Notes: generated from the letters alone by a model not told the origin. Counted from the whole stretch's first letter, positions 1-12,539 are shown. The stretch is DNA of 63,386 nucleotides, filler included, from Reticulomyxa filosa (GCA_000512085.1; 19 parts of 19 records of this genome joined end to end with filler, not necessarily neighbours in it); one strand, 5' to 3'. Numbers and translations are program-made.

Positions 1-423
1 GCTTGGTTTTGTTTTTTTTTTAATATCATCATTTTTTTTTGGTCTTTCAATAAAACATTAAATAAAAGGAATAAAAAAAAAAAGACAAGAACAAAGATGA
101 CTTTTTAATTTTTGAATTTTTTACTGTTTGTTCCATTTTCCTCTAGATTTACAGAGAATCGTGTTTTTCCTTTTGAAGAAAAAAAGTACAGTACCAGAAA
201 GACGGTTGTTCTCCCAAAAAAAAAAAAAAAAAAAAATCATTTTTTTTTTTGTTCGACCAGTAAATTCAAATTTTGGCAGCTGTGACCCGTGGAAACATTG
301 AGCCATCTTGGTGAGTACCGAAAAATATGCTAATAAGAAGATGTGGTGTTCACATGACTGAGTCAGTCCGCGGCACATGTGCGCGAGCCAGAACATTGTT
401 TGATGTGTATTGTAGTGAATTGA

Positions 424-3238
424 AGAGATGAGCAACGACCAAGAAAAGAAAGAAAAAAAGAAAGACAAGAAAAAAAAAACAAAAACGAAAAAGAGAAAGA
501 GAAAGAGAAAGAAGAGGAAGAAAATGAAGAAGATAAGGAAAAGGAAAATCTGATAACACGTCTAGTTGAAAAAATACAAATGAAGAAAGATGAGATCAAT
601 AATGAAGCAAGAGAAAAAGAGAAAGAAAAAGAGGTAGACAAAGGAAATGAAAAAGTGGAGGCATCAAATGAAAACAAGAATGAAAAGACGGAAAAATCGA
701 GCAAAGAAAAAGTAAGCGATAGCAATGATGATAATAACAACAATGACAATGACAAAAAAAAAAAAAAACAAGTGAAACAAATGAAACCCAAATTGAAACT
801 ATCCAAAAAGAAACAAAAGAAGCAACAAGTCCTGGCCAACAGACAAGCGAAGCCGAAAGAAAAAAACAAAGAAAAAGATGGAGTCATCAATCATCCTGTT
901 CACGTTTCAATGAAAGAGACATCATTGCCATTGTCTTTAAAAAACAAAAACAACGCCAGTGCCAATGTCAGTGTCAATGTCGACAAACACAAAGACGAAG
1001 AATTGAACAATGAAAAGATTATTGAAAGTATCTCTGACGAATCTGACTCCTCTTCAGACAATGAAAAAGGCTCTCCCAAAAATGACAATCACGCGAATTC
1101 GTTTCAAAATGTATCTTCGCAACCAATAGAAGAGAAAAATGACCACAATGAAAATGTATAAACATAAATATATTATGTTTATATTTACATTTATATATTT
1201 ATATATTTATACAAAAGTATTTTGCATTTATCAAAAAACATTATTTGATTTTTTTTTTTTTTTTTTTCATCCCACTGACAACAATAGACTTGCAGGCAGT
1301 GCACATATATAAACAAGACCAATGCTGTTCATTGTGCGCTGTGTCATTGTGCATTACCTCGGAAGGGTGCAGCAAATGCACCTGCCAACGTGGCAACATC
1401 ACCATCCCCTTCTCAAAGCCATGCGAGCAAGAGTGACAATGAAAAGGCAAACTCCAATTTCAAAGACAATGGCCAAGGCAAACATACCAAGCTCTCATGG
1501 ACGTGCGGCGCGTGCGACACAGTCAATCCCAAAACCCGACTCGTTTGCGACTGCGGATGTGAAATACCTCTCAAAAAGTCGCTGTGGAAATGCAAGACGT
1601 GCACTTTTGCAAATAATATCACACGTCCTACCTGCGAACAGTGCGGTTCTTTAAAGCCTCCTTTACCTGTTTGTTTCGATTTTCTTCATTTGTTATACAT
1701 ACATTTACATATACATATACATATACATATATATATATATATGTATATGTATGTATATGTGTACATTGCAATGGAACTGTAAATTGATGTTTGATGGAAA
1801 TTAGAATGGCCAATGGATGTGCAAGCCCTGTTTCACAATCAACACGGCGTCCGTTGGGACTTGCAAAGCATGTCACAAACCAAAGCCATCCATAAATAAA
1901 GTGCAAAAAAAAAAAAGAAGAGGAAACACCCACAATTGCTATTTGGAAATGACAATGACAATGACAATAACAATAACAATAACAATAACAATGACAATGA
2001 CAATAACAATGACAATAACAATGACAATAACAATGACAATGATAATAACCGTAACCGCAGCTATAACGACAACAATTACAAAAACAAAAATGACAATTAT
2101 CGTTTCGGCAATAATTATAACAGACAAAACGAACAAAACAGACCAAACGGTCAGAGACAATGGGGACAAAAAGGACAAAAAGGACCCTTTTCGAGACCCC
2201 CGTTTGCAAATAAAAAATCAAATTTCAATTCACGTCAGCAAAATCAAGCCCAAAAGAATCAAGAGTATGTTAGTTACAAAGAAATCGCGTCCGACCAAGT
2301 CAACAACCCTGCTACAGTTTTTTTTTTTTTTTGGTTAGTCTTTTAATGTTTGTAAACATATACATATATACATATATATATATTTATATTTATATTTGTT
2401 TTTGCGTTCTGGAAAACAAATACCTTCGGATAGATCCCATTAAAGGGAAACTCTGCACATCTTCGTCCGGTAATTCCAAACAACTCAATGCCCAATATGA
2501 ACGGGGGACTCCAAAAATCCAATGAGCAACTTCAACCCCAACCCCAACCCCAATCTCAACTCCAACCCCACATATGTTGCAATGATGGTTCCATACCCAT
2601 TTATGGGCTATCCTTACGCGAACCCTTCTCAAATGTTAATGTATCCGCAGCAGGGGTATCCGCAGCAGGGGTATCCGCAGCAAGGGTATCCGCAGCAAGG
2701 GTATCTGCAGCAGGGATATCCGCAGCAGGGGTTTTTTGTTCCTCAACCTCAAATGAACAACAACGACCCACGACAACAACCAAACGACTACTTCTTAGAT
2801 AACTATCCTGATGACGTCGTGCCCTTCGACCAACAGGACCCAGAGGATGGATACCCTTTTTCACATCAATCTCAATATCCATCCGACCATCCATTCAATC
2901 AAAGAATAGACAAAAATCATGATAATGACGATGATGACGATGATGATAGTGATAATGACAGTGATAATGACAAGGACAAGAGACGTGGACGTCGCTCTAA
3001 ACAAAACAAAAAAAAACGAAATACTAACGAAAGACAACGCTCTCGACACAAACGTCACAAAAAAGAGAACAAGAAATCAGACGGCTCGGGCAATGGAAAA
3101 AAGAGTGTGTCATCTTCCCGAAAAAAACACAAAAAACATAAAAAAAATCACTCCCCAGACAGGGATACTAAGCATTCGGAGCGCAAACGGAAACATCACA
3201 GTTCTAAAAAATCTCCTTCTTCATCCTCTAGTTGTTAA
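424..3238 (+). CDS. Multi-exon RanBP2-type zinc-finger protein with charged N-terminus, Asn/Gln/Pro-rich region and basic C-terminus (5' end uncertain)
   Basis: Three W-x-C-x2-C-x3-N-x6-C-x(1-2)-C fingers: WTCGACDTVNPKTRLVCDCGC, WKCKTCTFANNITRPTCEQC and WMCKPCFTINTASVGTCKAC. GT-AG introns at about 1156-1295, 1669-1804 and 2317-2432. One frame change at the A-run 1905-1916. The last exon is the 2522-3238 ORF. Confidence 0.75.
2641..2730 (+). repeat. 15-bp tandem repeat encoding (YPQQG) about six times
   Basis: gtatccgcagcaggg units; translation YPQQGYPQQGYPQQGYPQQGYLQQGYPQQG. Confidence 0.9.
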
Positions 3239-3506
3239 ACTTTTAAACAAGTGCGATTCAAGAAATGCTCTTTTTTTAAAAAAAAAAAACACTAGTAATG
3301 TTTGTAAATTGCAACTCTCCTACTTGCCATCTTTTTCTTATTTTTTTTTGGAATTACAGATTTCAAATACATTTTTTTCTTCCCAATTTTCCAAGTGTTT
3401 CGATTTTAAGCTTACAAAATTGATTCAAAACAATTTTAAACGGAAAAGTGAGTCCTACCCTCACTGAACGTCTTCCCCTTAGCAAAAAAAAAAAAAAAGT
3501 AAAAAA

Positions 3507-4262
3507 ATGAATGAATTTATAGCAAAAGCGACAGTTTTTTTGCTGAAAAATCGCGAATGGGAAGAGCGTGGTAACGGAGAAGTGAAATTTGTGTTTGAAG
3601 CGAAAACACAGAGCCTAACTTTAATAAATAACCCGGACACAAAGCAACAATTTGCTTGCAGATTGAAGCCTAAAATACGAAGCAAAGGCCCCCGGGCCTA
3701 TGTGATTCGAGCAGAGTCCGAAGACGACAGCACAGGGAAAATGATATTAGCAGTGCGGTTTGAGAATGAAGCAATATCGACATCGTTCCGTCAGTTTGTA
3801 GAAACGGGGAGTGTAATTAAGACTCCGGGTGTGTCTCATAGCAAGCCGTCGCCTCGAAAGGCTAATGTCACAGGCAATGGCCATAATAATAACAATAACA
3901 ATAACAATAATAATAATAATAATAATAATCACAATAATCACAATAATGGAAACAACGGATATCTCCATCACCAAAACTCACATGACAAAAATGCCCACAT
4001 ACCAGACGAACATAAAAAGCGACCTGACAAGGTCGTGAAAATGCAATCCGTAGAACCTGCGAATCATCAGGAATTAGCTATGGTCAGCAAAATTCCAAAT
4101 CGCAACGACAATGAAAATACACACAATGTCAAATCAATGGCGCTCACGACTGAAAACTTGAATGCGTTTACAGCAAAGTATTCGAAGACAAGGCCAACTG
4201 TCGAAGCTGTACTGGAGGCTCAGATTAAGTTTTGGATGAATCGTCCTGTTGCCGGACGCTAA
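3507..4262 (+). CDS. RanBP1-like Ran-binding (PH-fold) domain protein with Asn-rich tail
   Basis: KATVF...EWEERGNGEVKF matches the RanBD WKERGxGxVK signature; LAVRFENEAISTSF matches the LAIRF..E.A..F terminal helix. Confidence 0.7.
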   Translation: MNEFIAKATVFLLKNREWEERGNGEVKFVFEAKTQSLTLINNPDTKQQFACRLKPKIRSKGPRAYVIRAESEDDSTGKMILAVRFENEAISTSFRQFVETGSVIKTPGVSHSKPSPRKANVTGNGHNNNNNNNNNNNNNNNHNNHNNGNNGYLHHQNSHDKNAHIPDEHKKRPDKVVKMQSVEPANHQELAMVSKIPNRNDNENTHNVKSMALTTENLNAFTAKYSKTRPTVEAVLEAQIKFWMNRPVAGR

Positions 4263-4486
4263 TCCATTTCAAAGTCACTAAAATGTGGAGTGCTTTTTTT
4301 TTATAAAAAAAAACTTTTTAAAATTGTTTGTTGTGTTGTGTCCACCCCCCTCCTCTTTTTCAAATTTCTCAATCGACCAACTTAACAAACAACAACAATT
4401 TAAAAAAAAATACGCTGCACATTCAAAGTAAGTTTTTGTTTTTCTTTTGTTTTGTTGTTTTTACTTTACTTTTCTCTTCCTTTTTT

Positions 4487-4519
<33 letters not shown>

Positions 4520-4619
4520 NNNNNNNNNNNNNNNNNNNNNNNNNNNNNNNNNNNNNNNNNNNNTTAATTAATTAANNNNNNNNNNNNNNNNNNNNNNNNN
4601 NNNNNNNNNNNNNNNNNNN
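4520..4619. other. Artificial contig-joining spacer N44-TTAATTAATTAA-N44 (first of 18)
   Basis: The same 100-nt spacer, with stops in all six frames, recurs at 9027, 11235, 12389, 19573, 21046, 28323, 37879, 39322, 43525, 45383, 48369, 50482, 54177, 56255, 57522, 59561 and 61264. Confidence 0.98.
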
Positions 4620-4745
4620 AAAAAAAAAAAAAAAAGTTCAAAGTTTGCATTTGTTGAATAAACCATCTAAATATGCTTTTTTTTTATTTATTGCTTTTGC
4701 TCTCTCCTTCTTCTCTCTCTCTCTCTTTCTCAAACTTTGTTCTCA

Positions 4746-5207
4746 TTATTGCTCTTTCTCAACTTTCCAAAACTCCGCGAATTCGAGTAACTCTTCACCA
4801 AAGTAAAATAAATCGGGCTCGTCGATGAACCCATGAGTGCTAAATGTATTTGTAGTTAATTCCACCTCTTCTTCCTCTTTTTTGTGATGTGCATCTTTTT
4901 CTCTCATTGTCACATCCTTTTCTTTTTTTTTTATTGCCAAGATCAAATGATCACCATCTGTCTTTTCGCTTTTGCTTGCTTGTTTGTAATGCTCTGGTCC
5001 AACCTTGTCGTCTCCATTTTTATTCATTTGCTTCTCATTTTCACCTTTCACGTCATTGCTTGCTGCACTCGCCTTGACTAACGTGTTACTGCTGTGAAGG
5101 CTTAATGCTGTCGGTCCCACTTGAGATTCCGACTGTAATTGCGTTGATAACCCGGCAAGGTCTGCTTTTGTAACTGTTCCATTTTTTCGAGATGAAACAC
5201 AGCCCAT
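4746..5207 (-). CDS. Hypothetical small protein with N-terminal MGC myristoylation/palmitoylation motif
   Basis: Intact 153-aa ORF starting MGCVSS (Gly2, Cys3, Ser6). Confidence 0.6.
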   Translation of the reverse strand: MGCVSSRKNGTVTKADLAGLSTQLQSESQVGPTALSLHSSNTLVKASAASNDVKGENEKQMNKNGDDKVGPEHYKQASKSEKTDGDHLILAIKKKEKDVTMREKDAHHKKEEEEVELTTNTFSTHGFIDEPDLFYFGEELLEFAEFWKVEKEQ

Positions 5208-5588
5208 AATCCTTCAGTATTCCCACTTTTGTTATTTCCGTCCCTCCAAATTTTTCTAACTCTCCCTTCTTTTCTCAAAGATTTTGCTTGTCACACTACA
5301 AAACAGAAAAAGATCAATTCTTATTTTATTTTTATGTATTGTTTAGCTTTTTTGCTTTATAGTTTCTACAATATTTCCAAAAAATTGGATGTCTCCCGAC
5401 ACTTGGTTAATTTTGCAAGTTTTTAGCTGGAGAGTTCTGATTTTTCCTGTACCTAATGGATTTTCAATATAAAAAACTATGAGCAGTGCTACTTTAAAAT
5501 TGAAAAATTAAAAATGACAACGTATGACAAAAAGAAGCAGTCGTTTTCTCAGCAACAAAAAAAGGGTTCTTACTAAAGGGAAGGAGAT

Positions 5589-6267
5589 ATGAAAGGCGAT
5601 CAAAAAAATGATTTTAGCTCATTGCCAACATCTTCTTTTCGAGCCTCGGATTACAATGCTTCAGAAGCAAAAAGGAATGATATCCCTGCACGACCCAAAG
5701 TAGGGATATGGAACTGGGTAAGAGAACACTGTTTTCTTCCTTTCATGGCAGCATTTCAACAACAATTATTTACGGAAGTGTTTCAAACAGCAGCACACAT
5801 TATATCAACAGTTCCACATAAGAACAACAAAAGTAAGTATCCACCCCTAAGTCCCTTTATCTATTCAATACAAATCAAACACATGTACGCACGAACAGTA
5901 CTAAAGAGTACCCATTTTCATATCTTGTCTGTATGTATTTGTACTTTCGTAGCTGATAAAATTGAAGATTTATACAAATAGAAAAATATATTATGTACAT
6001 ATAATGTATCTTTGTGTTTGTATGTTCGTGAAAATGCTAGCATGTAAAGACTTGATAGCAATCAACAATAATAAGAACGGCATTGGTAACAACAATGGCA
6101 ATAACAACGATAATACTGAAACGAAAAAGTCTGAAGATAATTGGAAAACCTTTGCCCTTGCCTTATCTGGAGTGTTCCTTGTTTCCATGACAGCTACTGT
6201 CTGTGTAATGTTCATCACAGGAGACTCAACGTCTCAACACCCTCAACAAAAACGTAATAAGAATTAA
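5589..6267 (+). CDS. Hypothetical protein with a C-terminal transmembrane helix (spliced; exon structure approximate)
   Basis: ORF from 5589 with a GTAAG donor near 5833; the last exon encodes FALALSGVFLVSMTATVCVMFI followed by a short basic tail. Confidence 0.4.
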
Positions 6268-8204
6268 TACACTTTCAGTATGTTTAAAATAAATATTCAT
6301 GTTAAAATTGTTTGAGTCCCGCTCACACTTTTTTTTGATTGATTATAAACCAATATCTTTTCGAATTTTTTCTTTTTCACAGCATCTTCATACTTCTCTT
6401 TTCAATGATCTTTCAAATGATTCAACAACAATTCCTTTTAGTAAATAACACGTTGTAACTGGTTCTGCATTAATAAATAAACAATTTTTTAATTGTCAAC
6501 AACACAAGCATACAAAACGGTCAATTGCAAATACATGATATCTTGATAATGATGTAAATTTATCATTTGATTATGTCATTATTCTGTCATTCAAAAATCA
6601 ATTTTTTTAATCAAATATTTTAAAGAAAAAGTGTTGTTCATGTTACATAAATAGGGTACAAACAGTTTCTTTTTCTATATGAAAATTATTATTATCATTT
6701 AAAAAAAAATATATATATGTTACTAAAATGCCCTTGACTTGGGCAACAATTGGGCGTATTTTCGCATAATAAACAAAAATTTGTAATTTAATTATACTCC
6801 ACAACATCATAACATGCAACACACTTTTTATAAAATTTATATTTGAAAAGCGTCTGACAAAATTATGTTAATGTATTTTCAAATTTGTCAAATACCCAAT
6901 TGTTTACAAAAGAAAGGATTTTAGATTTGTACAGCTTGCATTTTCTTTTATTTGTTCTTTTTTTTCTTATGACAATTTGCCCAAGAGTAGTTCGCTTACT
7001 TTAAATTTAGCCTTTTCTGCAGCAGTTGTTTACTATAACTAATTGTAGGAAGTGCTTGACGCTGAAATGAGAAAGAAACTGTTGTTAAAAGGAATAAAGA
7101 TTTGTTTGATCAAACTTTAGATTCAATTATGATTTATATTATGTAATTTACACTCACAATTTTCTTTGGAATAAGCCAGTGGTAGTGGAAGATATGTCAA
7201 AGAAAAGGCGTGCATATTTAAAATTCTTGTTTTTGAAAGTTGGTTTAAAAAAGTATGCAAAAACAAATTTCGTGGAAACAAATTAAAAATACTTCTACAA
7301 CAAAAAGTTAACAAATAAAAGTGGAACATTAGAACATTAAAAATTTTTTCTTCTTTTATCTCTCGGTTTTAGTGCCCAAATTTTCCCAAAGGCACAAATA
7401 AAAAGGTATATAAAACAGTAATAAACGTATTCAAACAAAAAAAGCCTTGTAGCCACTTTGTTGTCAATTTTTTTTTGGTTAGTTTAATAATAAAGATAAT
7501 GAGGAAAAGGATTCCCATGCTCCTTTTATCAATTTGTAACCCACCAAATACAACAAAATTTATAAAATTACACAAACACAGAAAGAAAAAAAAAAGAAAG
7601 ACGAGCTTTACAAGTGACACACACACAAAAAAAAAAACCAGAAAACAATCAAAAACTGATTTCAAATTGAAAAAGGAAGCATTGTTGTTATACTCCTCTC
7701 CCTTTCCTCTTTATTGCTAAATGGATAAGAACACAAGAAAAGTATATGTTTTCTCCTTTAGCAAAAACAACACTGAATCTCGCTTGAAGATTACTCAACA
7801 AACAAGAACGAGACCAAACTAGATCCGATCAGATTCAAAATCAAACAACCAAACAAAAGGGAATCCAAATCACCCAAAAAAAAAAAATACGTGTAAAGAA
7901 AAAAAATTATTTCAATGTGACAAAAAAAAACCGCAATTGGAACACAATAGATGATCAAAACATATTTTTTTTTTGGACAAATTTGTCAATATATATATAA
8001 TGACACATTTTATTATAAACAGAACAAAATTAGATATATTTGGAATGTGTCATGGATTAATATTTCTTCCCAAAAATTAATAAAAATAAAGATGCAGTGT
8101 AAACCCCCTTTTGAACATTCTTTTCAAAAAAAAAGAAAAAGGAACCAAACAAACGGATTGAGGCATAAATGAAAAGGTCATGTTCGACCGAAAACTCTAC
8201 ACAA

Positions 8205-8963
8205 TTAACCAAAAACCTGTTTTAACGCCGGCGCACATCTGTTGACAGTAAAGTAAGTAGCATGATGGTCAACGTTGGCCGAGTTCGGCATGGAAGCAAC
8301 ATAATCTTGATAAGGAAGCGGAAGGAACGGAATGGAGACAGTGGCGGGCATAGTAAAATTGGGATTGTTCCATTGCAAAGGGACTTGATAAGGTACCGAC
8401 ACGGGTATAGATAGTGGTATCGACACTGGCCCTGGCACTTGCAGTTGAACAGGCAAAGGAAAGATAGAACAATTGTCCGCAATACTGACACCCACTTTGA
8501 CTTGACGACCAACTTCTGTTTTCTGTCTTTTTTTCATTTCTTCCATCTCCAACTTTGCCAACTCACGATTAATTAAACCATAATCCACCACAAATTCTTC
8601 TTCCTCTTTTTCTTCTTGATCACGATCCATTTGATCATTTGGCTCATTTGATTCATCGACATTACCTTTTGTTTCCATTTCTCCTTCTTTTCTGTCTTTG
8701 TTATGAGTGTTTCCTGACCACTCTTCGAGAAGACCTAAACAAGAATACAATGGCCGACTTGTGCCATTGGCTGTGCGATGAAGCGACGACGATGTAGTGT
8801 CCCCAGGATTACACTGGGGCAATATGCCGCTTCCATTGCTGCATACGCTCGGAGACATGTCGTACTCGGTTCTTACATTTTTCGCTGTTTCTTTCTCAGA
8901 TACTGCTTCCAGGCTCTCATTGTTGGTCCGAAGAAACGATTCTGTCGACGAATTGTGAGACAA
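8205..8963 (-). CDS. Hypothetical protein exon (acidic, then Pro/Val-rich); 5' part lost at the contig end
   Basis: 252-codon open frame with protein-like composition, preceded by an acceptor-like CAG near 8968. Confidence 0.5.
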   Translation of the reverse strand: MSHNSSTESFLRTNNESLEAVSEKETAKNVRTEYDMSPSVCSNGSGILPQCNPGDTTSSSLHRTANGTSRPLYSCLGLLEEWSGNTHNKDRKEGEMETKGNVDESNEPNDQMDRDQEEKEEEEFVVDYGLINRELAKLEMEEMKKRQKTEVGRQVKVGVSIADNCSIFPLPVQLQVPGPVSIPLSIPVSVPYQVPLQWNNPNFTMPATVSIPFLPLPYQDYVASMPNSANVDHHATYFTVNRCAPALKQVFG

Positions 8964-9144
8964 CTCACCTGTGTTTACAAGATTTTATCATTTTTCATGC
9001 ATGCAATTTTTTTTTTTTTTTTTTTTNNNNNNNNNNNNNNNNNNNNNNNNNNNNNNNNNNNNNNNNNNNNTTAATTAATTAANNNNNNNNNNNNNNNNNN
9101 NNNNNNNNNNNNNNNNNNNNNNNNNNATAATATAGTAGAACAAA

Positions 9145-11150
9145 ACTATAATTTTGAATGATTGCGACAGCAAGTAGTTTGTTGGAGGAATCCCATTGAT
9201 TGAATGGATCAGTGTCTTTGACCGCCAAAAGGGAAAGATCTTCAAGAGAACGTAGATTTCGAATGTAAACAGGTGCAGAAAATCCCCGATTAATGGACAA
9301 CAAAGGCGGTTCGTCAACATGATAGAATGTAAATGTTTTTGTTTCATCGTCCAACAGCAAGGTTCTCTCCAATGGACCATCGACAATGTCTTTGTCCAAA
9401 CTTAATGGAATCAATCGTCCGTCCATTCGTCTCCTCAATAAAGACGTACGTAATGGGATATAAAATGGTTGCTTCTTGGGTTCGTTTGCCATTGTCGGAA
9501 CACTCTTTATTATGAGTACATACATATGTATACGTATGAATATTATAGACATCAAATAATTACAAATCAAACAAATTCAAAAAAAAAAAAAAAAAAAGAT
9601 CAACCTGTTGAAGATGTAAAGTGAAGCACTTGTTATTTGCATCAAACTCAGTTTTGACAGTGACTTCGGGAGTGCCTGATTGGCTGTACCAACTGAACAT
9701 TGGTCGCAAATTGACGCCGCTGGCATCTTCCATCGCGTAGATAAATTGCTCGACAGTACAAGCTTGTCCGTCATGCCTTTGCAGATATAGCTGTAGGCCT
9801 GAAGTAAATTTATCTCTGCCGATGATCGTTTCGATCATGCGCACAACTTCGGCGCCTTTTTCATAGACGGTGGTGGTATAAAAGTTGTTGATTTCGATAT
9901 AAGACTGTGGTCGGACAGGATGGGCCATTGGCCCACCGTCTTCTTTGAATTGTGTACCTTGCAGTCGTATCACATCGTCAATTCTTTGCACACTTCGAGG
10001 CCCGTAATCGCTGGAAAATTCTTGGTCGCGATACACCGTCAGACCCTCCTTCAAACTCAATTGAAACCAATCTCGAAGTGTTACTCGATTGCCAGTGTAA
10101 TTGTGACTATTTATTATTGTTTATTTCTTATTATTTGTTATATTTTTTTATTATTTTTTTTTATGAAACAAGCAAATAAAAAAAAATAATAATAATAAAT
10201 TGAATGAATGCATTTGACAAAAAAGATACAATTATAACATACAAGTATTCGTGGGCAACAACTCCTTGGATGTTATGATAATCGGTGTCAGTTGCAGTAT
10301 CATTATCCGCCAAAATGTATTTGGAATTGAAAATATTTAGCGATTTATTTTCCATGGCGCCTGCGTTGAAATCGTCCACTGCGACGATGTTGAACAAGTC
10401 CAAATCATACTCCAAACCAAATCTTTTTTCGTCCCATTCAAACGCTTGTTTCAGTGATTGCATCGCCCAATCGCATTTTTTTATATTGTGTGGTTCCACG
10501 TAGATACGTAGGGTTACGTCTCTGCGACTTTGTGTTTGATACGACTGCTCGATATGTTGCAAGTCTCCGGCCACCAATGCAAATAAATAACAGGGCTTCG
10601 AAAATGGGTCTTTCCAAACTGCAAAGTGTCGTCCATTTGCTTCTTTTCTGCAATCATACAAAAAAAAGCAGTAAAAACAATTTGATACGTAACGTCGCAA
10701 ATGATATTTAAAAAGGGGGGAGAAAAAAAAAGAGACGTATATCATATACGTACCCCGATTTTATCAAATTGCCATTGGATAACAACACTGGACAAGTGGT
10801 TTCGTCTGCATGGATTGTGGTTTGATACTTGGCAGTAACGTCGGGTCTGTCAATGAAATATGTAATCTTGCGAAACCCCTGAGCTTCACATTGGGTGCAA
10901 TAGATACTCTTGCTTTTATACAATCCGTCCAGTGACGTGTTTTTTTCTGGTTCAATTCGGGTTGTCTGTTTATGTTCGTTCCATCCAACACGACAAAAAA
11001 GATACATTTTGTTTTTTTTTTTTTGCATTGCGATATCTCGCAAAAAATTTGGAGAAAAAAAAAACTAAACAATGTCCAAAAAAAGACGTCCTTCGTTGTA
11101 ATGATCTTTTTTTATTGGGATCTCCAATGACCAGTTATGTGTATTGATTG
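9145..11150 (-). CDS. pepN: Aminopeptidase N (M1 zinc metallopeptidase, E. coli PepN-type), partial, multi-exon
   Basis: [60 protein letters not shown], an intron-split HEYx[38 protein letters not shown] and [10 protein letters not shown]. Confidence 0.95.
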
Positions 11151-11358
11151 TATATCTATCAATTATTTTTATTTTCATTACAAGCAACGCAATTATATCC
11201 CACATTTTGGCTACTCAAAAGCAAAAAAAAAAAANNNNNNNNNNNNNNNNNNNNNNNNNNNNNNNNNNNNNNNNNNNNTTAATTAATTAANNNNNNNNNN
11301 NNNNNNNNNNNNNNNNNNNNNNNNNNNNNNNNNNATATATATATACATATATGTATAC

Positions 11359-11390
<32 letters not shown>

Positions 11391-11400
11391 ATATTTAAAC

Positions 11401-12307
11401 CTTTGCAATCTCGGACTAATCTTTCAATCTTTTCATTTTCCATTTTTTTAAGTAAACTTTTAACGTGTGTCTTTTTCATTTGTGCCCAAAAGATTTCGAG
11501 GAGCTCTTCATCGGTCATGGGCTTGAGTTTGATCGTGCTGGGCACGATCCTCTGAAGCAAGGGCAGATGTTCGTTGTTGATCACGGTGGCCATGGTGGCG
11601 ACCAAACGCACTCTGGTTTCCTGACAGAGATGGAAGAGACACTCGTCGACTCGTTGTCGTCGATGCAAGTGTCGAACAGAGAAGGCGTCAATGTTTTCAA
11701 TGCCGATGAGATACTTGCGATTGCGCAGCTCATTGACCAAGTCGGCGTTGGTAGTGCAAGGCTTCATGTTTACTTTGGCCTCGCGCAAGTGGTTGGAAAT
11801 GATTTCGGCGATACTGGACGTGGCATTTTCGCGCAGCGTCTTGTAGATGTCGATGACGAACACGCCGTCAAACTTGCGACGTTCCCACAGATATTCAAAG
11901 GTGCGATTCATCAAGGCCGACTTGCCCATGCCTTTGTCGCCAAAGATGATCGTGAATCGATTGTGAGGGTCTTGAATGCACTTGATTAGTTGAAAGATGT
12001 CCAAGTAGCGTCCGACCCAAGGGTCTGGCGGATGGCCAAATGACCGCAGGGCCTTTTTGGTGCTGCGATCTTGCATCACGTTGATTTTCGTGCCCATGGG
12101 CAGACTCCCGTTGTTGCATGACGGGTCATTTGACAGTTGCAAGTCCAGAATCTGTTGTTTCTTCAGCTCACTCTTCTTCGTGTTCGGAAACAGCACCACG
12201 TCGTGTGGCTTGTCTTCGGGCAGCAGTCGAAATTTCTGACTTTCATTTTGAGCCAGGCTATCTCCATAAAGGTCAGTCTTTAGCACTTGTTTGCCAATAT
12301 CAAAAGC
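11401..12307 (-). CDS. Internal exon of a STAND (NB-ARC/NACHT-like) P-loop ATPase protein
   Basis: PPDPWVGR pre-P-loop motif, Walker A GDKGMGKS (11918-11941), FDGVFVID, Walker B YLIGIENID, RLVAT sensor and IKLKPM..EELLEIF; AG/GT boundaries at 12307 and 11401. Confidence 0.75.
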
Positions 12308-12488
12308 CTTTTTTTCAAAAAAAAAAAAAAAAGCACATAAAAGACATATATACATAAAATATATATATATGCATATATATATATTTTANNNNNNNNNNNN
12401 NNNNNNNNNNNNNNNNNNNNNNNNNNNNNNNNTTAATTAATTAANNNNNNNNNNNNNNNNNNNNNNNNNNNNNNNNNNNNNNNNNNNN

Positions 12489-12527
<39 letters not shown>

Positions 12528-12539
12528 ACGAAACGAAAC

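Noticed and set aside
1817-2338. (MT/IT)n and poly-Ile/Leu/Tyr ORFs that look like membrane proteins
   Set aside because: Alternative-frame readings of AAT/GAC microsatellites encoding poly-Asn/Asp.
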